From the NCBI RefSeq assembly GCF_009831105.1, contig NZ_WUUQ01000001.1, positions 30,001-62,000 on the forward strand: DNA of 32,000 bases, read 5' to 3'. The first letter of the stretch is position 1. The number at the start of each line of letters is the position of its first letter. The DNA comes from Copranaerobaculum intestinale. Lineage in GTDB: Bacteria; Bacillota_I; Bacilli_A; Erysipelotrichales; Erysipelotrichaceae. Positions 1 to 7,576 of the stretch are shown one piece after another. The position numbers and the translations under genes were made by a program. The notes under the pieces were generated by a model. It was not told where the DNA came from and ran no database searches. It saw nothing but the letters and a program-made list of their open reading frames with translations.

Positions 1-548
1 GATTCTTCCATTTGCGTAAGCATTGTACTGCCGTTGCGATAACCAAATTTCAAACCGTACCATCTGGTTAAGAAATTCGGAATATTAAATAGAATCAACA
101 ATGCGAACGGCGCTATAATATTTCCTTCCTTGGCAAACGATACACCGATAGCACAGGCGATGATTCTAAAAATACCCCAGAAGAAAGTATCGCCGATACC
201 GGACAGCGGTCCCATCAGCGCAACCTTGATCGCATTGATAGAAGTAACATCGAAATTCGGATCACGCTTTGCATTTTCTTCCATTGCCACCGTAATGCCC
301 ATGACAAATGGCGACGGCGCAACCGTCATGTTAAATGCTTCCATATGACGATGCATCGCTGTTTTATACGCTTCGTCATCATCTTTATATATTTTGCGCA
401 GTGCCGGGCGGATTGCATATAAGAAGCCTAAGCCTTCCATTCGCTCATAATTGAAGGAACCCAATAAGGTAAAGGAACGCCAGAAAATCTGCCGGAAGTC
501 CTTTTTCGTCAAATTATTTTCTGCACTTACAATATTATTTTTACTCAT
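1..548 (-). CDS. PTS mannose/fructose/sorbose-family EIID component (N-terminal part; the gene continues past the window edge)
   Basis: My translation of the minus strand from the ATG at 548-546 gives MSKNNIVSAENNLTKKDFRQIFWRSFTLLGSFNYERMEGLGFLYAIRPALRKIY..., a typical IID N-terminus. A GGGAGG ribosome-binding site lies inside the end of the upstream IIC gene, and the gap after the IIC stop is 4 nt. This ORF is not in the supplied track because it runs off the window. Confidence 0.88.
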   Translation of the reverse strand, partial: MSKNNIVSAENNLTKKDFRQIFWRSFTLLGSFNYERMEGLGFLYAIRPALRKIYKDDDEAYKTAMHRHMEAFNMTVAPSPFVMGITVAMEENAKRDPNFDVTSINAIKVALMGPLSGIGDTFFWGIFRIIACAIGVSFAKEGNIIAPFALLILFNIPNFLTRWYGLKFGYRNGSTMLTQMEE

Positions 549-552
549 ATCC

Positions 553-1314
553 TTATTCCTCCCACTCATCGACTTTCGCCTGCATACTCGATGACTTCAG
601 TAAATATACGATCCAGGCGATACCAATTGCGATTGCAGTTACCGCAACCATTGTCAAATCGGTGTAAGCTGTGATAATGAATCCCAAGATGAAAAACGGA
701 ATCAAATCTTTTTCCAACAGCAAATTCAGCAGCAGCGCAAATCCCATCGCCGGCAAAATCTTCGAAACTGCTGCCATACCGGCATTTGCCCATTCCGGAA
801 AACTGTCAACAATACCCTGAATCGCGCCATTGCCGAAATACATAACGATAAAGGTCAAAGAAAAATACATCATAAAATCACAGAAGCCACATAAATAATG
901 CATGTATTCAACCTGTTTGTCCTTACCTTGATCAATCAGTTTATCCGCATGATGCATAACTCCGGAATATGCGGTCATCAGCAGTGTTCCCAAAAACTGC
1001 ATAATGACAGCTACCGGCAGTCCAAAGGTTATCGCTATTTCGGCGCCTTTGCCGGTGGTGAGGGCGATCGCCGTACCCATTGTACCTCCGGTACCGATGT
1101 TCAGCTGTGCTGTAGGACCGATTCCGGTAGCGCCCATCCACATCATCTGCAGCTCTGCTCCGATGATCAATCCTTTTGTAACATCCCCCAAAATCAACCC
1201 CACTAAGAATCCGGTAACGACTGGTTCACGCAGTTTACATTCACCGAGCCAACCACCTTCGAATTGTGTTAAAGCAGCGACAACTCCGACTAGTATTGCT
1301 TGTATTAAGCTCAT
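553..1314 (-). CDS. PTS mannose/fructose/sorbose-family EIIC component
   Basis: 253-aa polytopic membrane ORF (MSLIQAILVGVVAALTQFEGGWLGECKLREPVVTGFLVGLILGD...GATGIGP...) followed directly by an IID gene. ATG start with GGAGG 9 nt upstream. Confidence 0.9.
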   Translation of the reverse strand: MSLIQAILVGVVAALTQFEGGWLGECKLREPVVTGFLVGLILGDVTKGLIIGAELQMMWMGATGIGPTAQLNIGTGGTMGTAIALTTGKGAEIAITFGLPVAVIMQFLGTLLMTAYSGVMHHADKLIDQGKDKQVEYMHYLCGFCDFMMYFSLTFIVMYFGNGAIQGIVDSFPEWANAGMAAVSKILPAMGFALLLNLLLEKDLIPFFILGFIITAYTDLTMVAVTAIAIGIAWIVYLLKSSSMQAKVDEWEE

Positions 1315-1379
1315 TGTTTATATCCTCCCTATCAATTATTGGTATTTCAATGATATAACCGGATACGATCCTCCTTTCA

Positions 1380-1439
1380 AGTGGTATACATCTAATGCAT
1401 TGTATATCATATATACCAGTATATTACATATATACCACT
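1380..1439 (-). promoter_or_regulatory. Cluster of three HutC/GntR-type operator half-sites, A[GC]TGGTATA[CT]A
   Basis: agtggtataca at 1380-1390 on the plus strand. tatataccagt at 1410-1420 and tatataccact at 1429-1439 are the same 11-mer on the opposite strand. Sites 1 and 3 form a 10-bp perfect inverted repeat, AGTGGTATA...TATACCACT. The cluster lies between the HutC regulator gene and the PTS IIC gene. The motif resembles DasR/NagR-type sites of the form AGTGGT-N-ACCACT. Confidence 0.6.
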
Positions 1440-1458
1440 TAATATTCATAATTGCAAT

Positions 1459-1493
1459 AAAAAAGAATGAAATAACATAAATATTTCATTCTT
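1459..1493 (-). terminator. Rho-independent terminator after the HutC regulator gene
   Basis: Minus strand: AGAATGAAATA-TTTATGT-TATTTCATTCT followed by TTTTTT. The stem is 11 bp and starts 5 nt after the stop codon. Confidence 0.75.
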
Positions 1494-1497
1494 ATTC

Positions 1498-2223
1498 TTA
1501 TACCTCTGTCAGATATTTTACCGCTGTATATTCCGATTTATGATAAGAGCGGGTAAACTCCGTAATTTTGTGATGAATATCAAATCCGAAATAATTAAAA
1601 TGAAAAATACACTTTCCCGGATCGATTTCTAATACTTCAGCATACTCGTCAGGAACCTTTTCCACCTGCAGATACGATACTACCTTCTGTGGACAATGCC
1701 CGTATATATCCATGTAATCATATAAAGAGTCCTCTTCAAAATTGAACCTTTCGGCATTTTGAAACAAATTACAGGGGAAGTACGCCTCCTGCACCGCATA
1801 GGGATGATCGTTCACCAATGAAAGGCGAACCAACTGGTATACATCTTCTGTATCAGGGAAATAATCAGCGATCTCTCCGGCTGCCGCGATTTTGGTAAAG
1901 GCCAGCACCCGACGGGAGGATTTCATACCGCCTTTTTTAATGGTAGCCTTTAAGCTGACGTTTTCTTCGGTACCCAAGGTTACTTTTTTTTCAATGATCG
2001 GAATTGCTTTCACAAAGGTTCCTTTTCCCTGAATTGCCTGAATACATCCTTCCGCTTCTAATTTACGAAGTGCACGGCGCACCGTCAATCGATTCAATCC
2101 ATAGGCTTCCGCCATGGCTCGCTCCGACATGATCCGCTCCCCCAGCTGATATTCCTCTTGAATGATTTTTTCTTTGATACTATCGACAAGTTCCAGATAG
2201 ATGGCATAGTTCTCTCTGCTCAT
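1498..2223 (-). CDS. GntR-family transcriptional regulator, HutC subfamily (wHTH plus UTRA)
   Basis: 241 aa. The N-terminal wHTH reads ...LGERIMSERAMAEAYGLNRLTVRRALRKLEAEGCIQAIQGKGTFV. It is followed by a UTRA-like C-terminal effector domain. Confidence 0.9.
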   Translation of the reverse strand: MSRENYAIYLELVDSIKEKIIQEEYQLGERIMSERAMAEAYGLNRLTVRRALRKLEAEGCIQAIQGKGTFVKAIPIIEKKVTLGTEENVSLKATIKKGGMKSSRRVLAFTKIAAAGEIADYFPDTEDVYQLVRLSLVNDHPYAVQEAYFPCNLFQNAERFNFEEDSLYDYMDIYGHCPQKVVSYLQVEKVPDEYAEVLEIDPGKCIFHFNYFGFDIHHKITEFTRSYHKSEYTAVKYLTEV

Positions 2224-2735
2224 GTGCTGCTCACGCTCCTAAAACGATAGAAAGAGGTTACGGCAGTGATCTCAAAGTACTCCAGCGGTTGGATCGAGGA
2301 AGTATATGTATGGCCCTTGGTTGTCAGTACTTCTTCGTTTTCACGCAGCTGAAGCAGCTCTGCCTCTTCCTTCGTAGGCATGACAATTGCCAGCTCCTCT
2401 TCATTACGAGTCACCTGCAAATTGAAATGCTCCTTCAAAACTGCATAAAAAGACACATCGCTGAGATCAAGCTGTTCGATCCCCGGCACCCTGCTGTACT
2501 CAAGATAGACATGATCGATCGACTTTGGCAGATCATTGACGATCCTCAATTTCTTAAAAGAAAACACCTTTGTCGCAAGCGGGATCTGTAATTGTCTGGC
2601 GATCCAGCGATTCGCTTCCACAATCTTATTTTCCAGAATCTGATAGCGGTAATGAAGTTCCTGACTCTTCAGATACTCGGTAATGGACACATATTTATCA
2701 AGCTCCTTAATGACGTAGATATCCTCACTGTCCAC
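2220..2735 (-). CDS. Stand-alone UTRA-domain protein (HutC-like effector/dimerisation domain with no DNA-binding wHTH)
   Basis: The ORF runs 2220-2759. I place the start at the GTG at 2735 because AAGGAGG lies 7 nt upstream of it, whereas the ATG at 2759 has no ribosome-binding site. The sequence ...SFKKLRIVNDLPKSIDHVYLEYSRVPGIEQLDLSDVSFYAVLKEHFNLQV...QPLEYFEITAVTSFYRFR follows the UTRA pattern. Its stop overlaps the downstream HutC gene start as ATGA. Confidence 0.72.
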   Translation of the reverse strand: MDSEDIYVIKELDKYVSITEYLKSQELHYRYQILENKIVEANRWIARQLQIPLATKVFSFKKLRIVNDLPKSIDHVYLEYSRVPGIEQLDLSDVSFYAVLKEHFNLQVTRNEEELAIVMPTKEEAELLQLRENEEVLTTKGHTYTSSIQPLEYFEITAVTSFYRFRSVSST

Positions 2736-2963
2736 AAAAGGTCCTCCTTTCCCCCTCATTTTTGTTATTTGTTAGTTCTATTATACACTATTTCCCCCAT
2801 TTTACGAATTTTTACCGTACGTATAAAAATTACATTATATCATTATATTTGTTTGTTTCAGCATAAGTAACCAAATCAAGTTCTGTACCGATATCCACCT
2901 TTATAAAATTGTATCCACGTTAATCATCTGCCGATCACACCTGCTGAAGCTGATGCGGACTCA

Positions 2964-2996
2964 CAAAAAAACCCGTTATCCAAAAGGGTAACGGGG
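2964..2996 (-). terminator. Rho-independent terminator ending the bgl-like PTS operon
   Basis: Minus strand: CCCGTTACCC-TTTT-GGATAACGGG followed by TTTTTTT. It begins about 9 nt after the stop at 3005. Confidence 0.8.
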
Positions 2997-3004
2997 CCAA
3001 ACAT

Positions 3005-3958
3005 CTAGCACTCCAATAAATCACATTCTAGTTTCTCCCAATAGCTGATCATTGCGCCGGGCGCGATACACCCAAATTCACAGATAATAGAGTCTACATC
3101 ACGTGCCGGCGTTAAATCAAAAAACTGATTGATGACATCAATACCCTCCAGCGACTCAAAATCGTCCGGCAGGATAATTTCCTTTTCTGTACGCCGCTCC
3201 AGCATAACTGGGTAACCCTGAGCGGTGCGCAGATCGAGCTTATATAACTCACTGGCGATGTAAACCGGTTTTTTGCATACCTTTGCCAGCTTACTGATCA
3301 TAGCCGTTCCCATCTTATTTGCCACGTCTCCATTCACACAGAGTGAATCTGCTCCCATAACGATGAAATCAGCTCTTGGCATGAATTCATATACAGCCGC
3401 ATCGGTAATATAAATTACTGGAACCTGTAATTTCTGAAGCAGGCGAACTGCCACACGAGATTCACGCAGCGGTCTGGACTCCGTGCAGATCACGGTAAAC
3501 TTACGGCCGGCCTGCGCTGCCTGAATAAAGATACCCATCAGCGTACTGCTGTAACTGTGCATCAATATAGTTTGTCCGTCCTGAATCAAATTCGCTCCAT
3601 ATCCAGCAAGCTTATCTACTGCCTCAAAGGAATAATCAATGATGCGGTCAGCCAGCTCGATAACTGCGTGCTTTAGGGTTTCAATATCCTCATGCCGCTT
3701 TTGTTCAAGAACCTTTTGTACCAGATACCAGGTATTATAAATAGTTGCCATGGTTGGTTTCAAGTCAATCATTTGCTTTGCTACATCATCATAGCGCTGA
3801 AACAATACATCCTTATCCTGAATGTCTTCCTGTTCGGAGACCAGTTTAAATGCCCATGCAGCTGCTCGTCCAAATGGACTGCCACCCTTTACGTTCATAT
3901 TGCGAATTTCACGAATAACATGATCCGCTGAAGTAAATGTAAGATCTTCTACTTTCAT
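3005..3958 (-). CDS. IF-2B family protein (MtnA / ribose-1,5-bisphosphate isomerase / eIF-2B-subunit-like fold); function unassigned
   Basis: Family-like motifs include KGGSPFGRAAAWAF, VICTESRPLRES (compare ETRP) and MGADSLCVNGDVANKMGT (compare GADRIAANGDVANKIGT). Start set at the ATG at 3958 (MKVEDL...) with GGAGG upstream. The longer ORF start at 3994 would overlap the EIIBC gene. Confidence 0.78.
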   Translation of the reverse strand: MKVEDLTFTSADHVIREIRNMNVKGGSPFGRAAAWAFKLVSEQEDIQDKDVLFQRYDDVAKQMIDLKPTMATIYNTWYLVQKVLEQKRHEDIETLKHAVIELADRIIDYSFEAVDKLAGYGANLIQDGQTILMHSYSSTLMGIFIQAAQAGRKFTVICTESRPLRESRVAVRLLQKLQVPVIYITDAAVYEFMPRADFIVMGADSLCVNGDVANKMGTAMISKLAKVCKKPVYIASELYKLDLRTAQGYPVMLERRTEKEIILPDDFESLEGIDVINQFFDLTPARDVDSIICEFGCIAPGAMISYWEKLECDLLEC

Positions 3959-3974
3959 TCTCTTTCCTCCTATG

Positions 3975-5360
3975 TTATGCAATGCTTTCATCAATTCCCA
4001 TTAACCAAGTAAGGATAAAGGTAATCAGTGCGCCAACTCCGCAGCCGATCAGCAATCCGGTAAAGCCAGCTCCCAGATAAGCAGGAATTGTATAAAGACT
4101 GAAGGCGACTGCCGCTGTAGTGCCTGCTAAAGATGCTCCGGTGATCGCCCCACCGACCGCACCGCCGATACATACCGCAATAAATGGTTTCTTATATTTC
4201 AGGTTAACACCGTACATTACCGGTTCTATTACGCTTCCGGCAAAAAACGAAGTAAGTGACAGCGTTAAAGCATTCTTCTTAATTTCCGGATTCTTAGCCT
4301 TTAATCCGACCGCCAAACCAGCCGCAACCTGACAAATCAGACTCGGCGCATGTGTCATGATGACCGTATCGCGGCCATAACGGGCAATATTAGGAACTGA
4401 AACAAGACCCAGAATAGCAATATGCATGCCGAAGATAATCAAAATCTGCCATGTGCCGCCGATCAGTGCACCGGCTACGATTGGTGAAAATTCATAGAGT
4501 TTGGTAAAGATGGAAGCAAAGAGATTTCCGCCCCATACGCCGATCGGCCCAATTGCGACAATCAGCAGCGGCGCGATAATCAATGTGGATAAGAATGGGA
4601 CGAAAATACTGCGCAGCGCTGAGGGAATCACTCTGCGCAGCCCCAGCTCCAATTTCGATAATAAGTAAATTGATAGGATAGCCGGCAGAACTGAACTACC
4701 ATAGTAGACGTCTGTTACCGGAATACCCAAAAATGAGACCTTAGCGCCATTCGCAAACAGTGAGGTAAAGGCAGGATTTACAAGCAAGCCAACGATGACC
4801 AGCGATACTGCCATGTTTGTGCGAAATTTTTTAGCTGCCGACCATCCGATGATAATCGGAAAAAAGGCATACAGCGTATCTGAAATCACATTGAATATCT
4901 GAATGGTGCTGTTGTCCTCCGGAACCTTAAATACAACCGTACAAAGTACTGCCAAAGTCTTGATAAATCCACAGGCAAGCATCGCCGGTATGATTGGGGT
5001 CACAATACCGGAGATGGTTTCTACCAGCTTGCCCAGCCAAGAGCGATGCGTTGTATCGGATTTCGCATCCAAATTTTCATCAATCACTTCTTCATTGATA
5101 TGTGCGACATTACCGCAGAGCTTTACGGTCTCATCAAATACATCATCGACAATCCCGCCCAGCACGATTTGATACTGTCCGCCTATCAGGATAACCTTCA
5201 TGACCCCATTCAGCTTCTGAAGCTCCTCCAGCTGTACCAGCGATTCATTTTTCACAACGATACGAAGCCGAGTCATGCAGTGAGCCACATCCTTGATATT
5301 GTCACTGCTGCCCAGCAGGCGAATGATTTCCTGCGCAAGCGCGCTTTTGTTTAAAGCCAT
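3975..5360 (-). CDS. PTS EIIBC component, glucose superfamily (beta-glucoside/sucrose-like)
   Basis: 461 aa. N-terminal EIIB domain with the phospho-Cys motif AHCMTRLR, followed by a polytopic EIIC domain (...GSVIEPVMYG...). AAAGGAG ribosome-binding site. Confidence 0.9.
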   Translation of the reverse strand: MALNKSALAQEIIRLLGSSDNIKDVAHCMTRLRIVVKNESLVQLEELQKLNGVMKVILIGGQYQIVLGGIVDDVFDETVKLCGNVAHINEEVIDENLDAKSDTTHRSWLGKLVETISGIVTPIIPAMLACGFIKTLAVLCTVVFKVPEDNSTIQIFNVISDTLYAFFPIIIGWSAAKKFRTNMAVSLVIVGLLVNPAFTSLFANGAKVSFLGIPVTDVYYGSSVLPAILSIYLLSKLELGLRRVIPSALRSIFVPFLSTLIIAPLLIVAIGPIGVWGGNLFASIFTKLYEFSPIVAGALIGGTWQILIIFGMHIAILGLVSVPNIARYGRDTVIMTHAPSLICQVAAGLAVGLKAKNPEIKKNALTLSLTSFFAGSVIEPVMYGVNLKYKKPFIAVCIGGAVGGAITGASLAGTTAAVAFSLYTIPAYLGAGFTGLLIGCGVGALITFILTWLMGIDESIA

Positions 5361-5372
5361 TGCTTTCTCCTT

Positions 5373-6230
5373 TCACTCCCCATAAGAATCCTTTTTTAAC
5401 AGCATTGGTACAATGTGCATCGTAAGATATCCCATTTCTTCATAGGATGTATCTACTTGATAGTGTTCCAGCAGAAATTCCCGGATACGTTCTGCACAGC
5501 CCCACTCGTACTGATAATGATCTTGGATTACTTCGTATAGTTTCACCTCACTTTCATCGCTATGAAGCTCTCCTTTCAGCACCCTGCTGAGAAAATACTT
5601 TAAATGTGTCAGAAATCGGATATAATAAACCGACTGCTCATCGATCTCGATTGAAAAGTAACCCTTTACCAAATCGGTCAATTCCTTTAATATCATGGTC
5701 ATTTTTTTATTGAGTGAATGTCCCAACGGTGACATCGCATTAATAAAATGAAAAGCGATAAAGGAGGCTTCATTATCATCAAAGGTCACATGAAGCTCTC
5801 GATTCAGCAGTCGTACAGCTTCTAAAGCTGTCTCATATTCCTGCGGATAGAATTGTCGAATTTCACCGGCCAAGGGATTTTCGATATATTCATTTGCTTC
5901 CAGCCGCTGTCTGGAAAAGGCAATATGGTCAAGCAGAGTAAGGAACAGCTGATCCTTGAAGTCATGCTTTAAACGAAGTGAAGCCAGCTTTACTACCTGA
6001 TCGACCGCTTGAATTGTTTCAAAAGAAATGGATTGGATCAATGCTTCCATATAATTGGACTTTTTTTCCATCACAAATACTTTTTCAATCAACCGCTCAT
6101 CAATCACAAACCGACGGTTTTTCACACAACGCACACCGATGCCTTTGCCCAACAGCACAGCTTCCTCATCGTTTTGGTCGAGCCCTACGACCGCATTGTT
6201 ATTGATTACTCTGACATATGTGTAGCGCAT
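5373..6230 (-). CDS. BglG/LicT/SacY-family PRD-containing transcription antiterminator
   Basis: 285 aa. The CAT RNA-binding N-terminus reads MRYTYVRVINNNAVVGLDQNDEEAVLLGKGIG. It is followed by two PRD-like helical repeats. A RAT-like element is present in the operon leader. Confidence 0.9.
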   Translation of the reverse strand: MRYTYVRVINNNAVVGLDQNDEEAVLLGKGIGVRCVKNRRFVIDERLIEKVFVMEKKSNYMEALIQSISFETIQAVDQVVKLASLRLKHDFKDQLFLTLLDHIAFSRQRLEANEYIENPLAGEIRQFYPQEYETALEAVRLLNRELHVTFDDNEASFIAFHFINAMSPLGHSLNKKMTMILKELTDLVKGYFSIEIDEQSVYYIRFLTHLKYFLSRVLKGELHSDESEVKLYEVIQDHYQYEWGCAERIREFLLEHYQVDTSYEEMGYLTMHIVPMLLKKDSYGE

Positions 6231-6247
6231 GAAATTCGCCTGCCTCT

Positions 6248-6742
6248 CTATTTACGAGCAAGGGTCATCACCGTCTGTCCGCTTTCACAGTCCTGTTCCC
6301 GTATCTTTATTTGATACGATTCAGAATTTAAAATAATGACATAGACATCCGGCGCATAGCCTGCCTTTTTAATCATTGGAAAGTCAATTTCCGCAAGCTT
6401 ATCTCCTGCCTCGATTAAATCTCCTGCCGAAACTGTGGTATGAATAAAACGACCGTTCAGATTCACCGTATCAATCCCGAAATGAAGCAAAAGCTCCACA
6501 CCCTCCTCACTGACGATGCCAAGCGCATGACCGGTGGGAAAGGCCGATTTAACCACTCCACTCACCGGTGCGAAGATTTTCTTGCTTTTGGGATAAATGA
6601 AGCAGCCATGTCCTAATAAGCCGCTTCGAAACATCTCATCCTGCGATTCCCCCAGCGGCAGCACCGTACCGTCACAGGGAGCTAACACCTGTATCAAGTC
6701 TTGTGTCTTGTCCTTCTTTTTTGCTTTCATCCAATTTATCAT
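6248..6742 (-). CDS. PTS EIIA component, glucose family
   Basis: 164 aa with ...FPTGHALGIVSEEGVELLLHFGIDTVNLNG..., the two-His region characteristic of EIIA-Glc. GGGAGG ribosome-binding site. Confidence 0.9.
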   Translation of the reverse strand: MINWMKAKKKDKTQDLIQVLAPCDGTVLPLGESQDEMFRSGLLGHGCFIYPKSKKIFAPVSGVVKSAFPTGHALGIVSEEGVELLLHFGIDTVNLNGRFIHTTVSAGDLIEAGDKLAEIDFPMIKKAGYAPDVYVIILNSESYQIKIREQDCESGQTVMTLARK

Positions 6743-6759
6743 TCGGTATACCTCCCGTG

Positions 6760-6800
6760 AAATAGAAAAGGCCCAAAACGTTTAAAAAACGTTTTGAGCC
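6760..6800 (-). terminator. Leader (attenuator) terminator of the PTS operon
   Basis: Minus strand: GGCTCAAAACG-TTTTTTAAA-CGTTTTGGGCC followed by TTTTCTATTT. It is located between the promoter and the EIIA start codon. Confidence 0.8.
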
Positions 6801-6832
6801 TTGCCTTATTACATCAATAAGTAACAAACTCA
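6797..6832 (-). promoter_or_regulatory. RAT-like (ribonucleic antiterminator) element overlapping the 5' arm of the leader terminator
   Basis: Minus strand: GAGTTTGTTACTTATTGATGTAATAAGGCAAGGCTC. From memory, B. subtilis RATs look like GGATTGTTACTG....CAGGCAAAACC. The TTGTTACT and AGGCAA blocks are shared, and the 3' end is part of the terminator stem. Confidence 0.65.
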
Positions 6833-6864
6833 GGAATACAAATTCATTCCGTATTTACATAATA

Positions 6865-6893
6865 ATTGTAATCGTTTACAAGCAATTTGTCAA
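6865..6893 (-). promoter_or_regulatory. Sigma-A-type promoter of the PTS operon
   Basis: Minus strand: TTGACA (6893-6888), a 17-nt spacer, then TACAAT (6870-6865). Confidence 0.6.
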
Positions 6894-6924
6894 TTCCTGA
6901 TATTTTACCAATTTATGACAATCC

Positions 6925-7572
6925 CTAATTCGGATTTTTAGTGATATTTAATACCTCGTAGCCGCTTTGCTTCAAATCAGCTTCCAGAGCATCGGTATTA
7001 AAACTATCGATTCTAAAAATTAATTCGGCCATGCCATTTTCGCTGTGATAGACACCGACATGTGTGATATTGATAGCATTGCGTACAAATACCTGTGACA
7101 ATTCACCGATCGCTCCCAGCTTATCCTTCACCTTGATACAAACCCGGCTGCCGCGCTCGCGATATCCCAGAATATCCAAAAAAGCCGCAAATACATCATT
7201 CTGAGTCAGAATGCCAACTACCTCCTGATAATCATTAACAACCGGCAAGCATCCGATATCATGCTTTTCCATCAGCAGCGCCGCATCTTCCAGAAAGCGA
7301 TTCTCGTGAATCGTGATCACATCCCGAATCATAATTGCATCCACACTGGTTTTTGACAACAAATAATTCAATTCGAAAATACTCAAGCTGGTTGCTTTGC
7401 TGGGACCCTTTTTCGCAATCTGCCCCTCCGTGACAAGCCCTGCCAGCTTACCGTTTTGAATAACCGGAATGCGATGCAGATTTTTTTCGCTCATCAGATC
7501 GACTACTTCGGATATTTTACTGTTGATATCGATACAGATCGGATTTCTGGTCATTTGATCTCTTACATACAT
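6925..7572 (-). CDS. CBS-pair plus ACT-like domain protein (AcuB-like)
   Basis: 215 aa. Two CBS repeats (...NLHRIPVIQNGKLAGLVTEG..., ...HDIGCLPVVNDYQEVVGILTQNDV...), then a C-terminal segment RVCIKVKDKLGAIGELSQVF...AELIFRID that resembles an ACT fold. It starts 4 nt after the livF-like stop, and its GGAGG ribosome-binding site lies inside the end of livF. Confidence 0.82.
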   Translation of the reverse strand: MYVRDQMTRNPICIDINSKISEVVDLMSEKNLHRIPVIQNGKLAGLVTEGQIAKKGPSKATSLSIFELNYLLSKTSVDAIMIRDVITIHENRFLEDAALLMEKHDIGCLPVVNDYQEVVGILTQNDVFAAFLDILGYRERGSRVCIKVKDKLGAIGELSQVFVRNAINITHVGVYHSENGMAELIFRIDSFNTDALEADLKQSGYEVLNITKNPN

Positions 7573-7576
7573 GAGT

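Noticed and set aside
130-348. 72-aa plus-strand ORF
   Set aside because: It lies entirely antisense to the well-supported PTS IID coding sequence. It has no ribosome-binding site and a low-complexity composition.
898-1480. Plus-strand ORFs 898-1206 and 1004-1480, and minus-strand ORFs 566-793 and 941-1141
   Set aside because: These are shadow ORFs inside or antisense to the PTS IIC gene. Their translations are Pro/Ser/Arg-rich nonsense without family features.
3959-3994. N-terminal extension of the IF-2B-like ORF (MMKALHNIGGKR)
   Set aside because: It would overlap the 3' end of the EIIBC gene by 20 nt and lacks a ribosome-binding site. The ATG at 3958 has GGAGG upstream.
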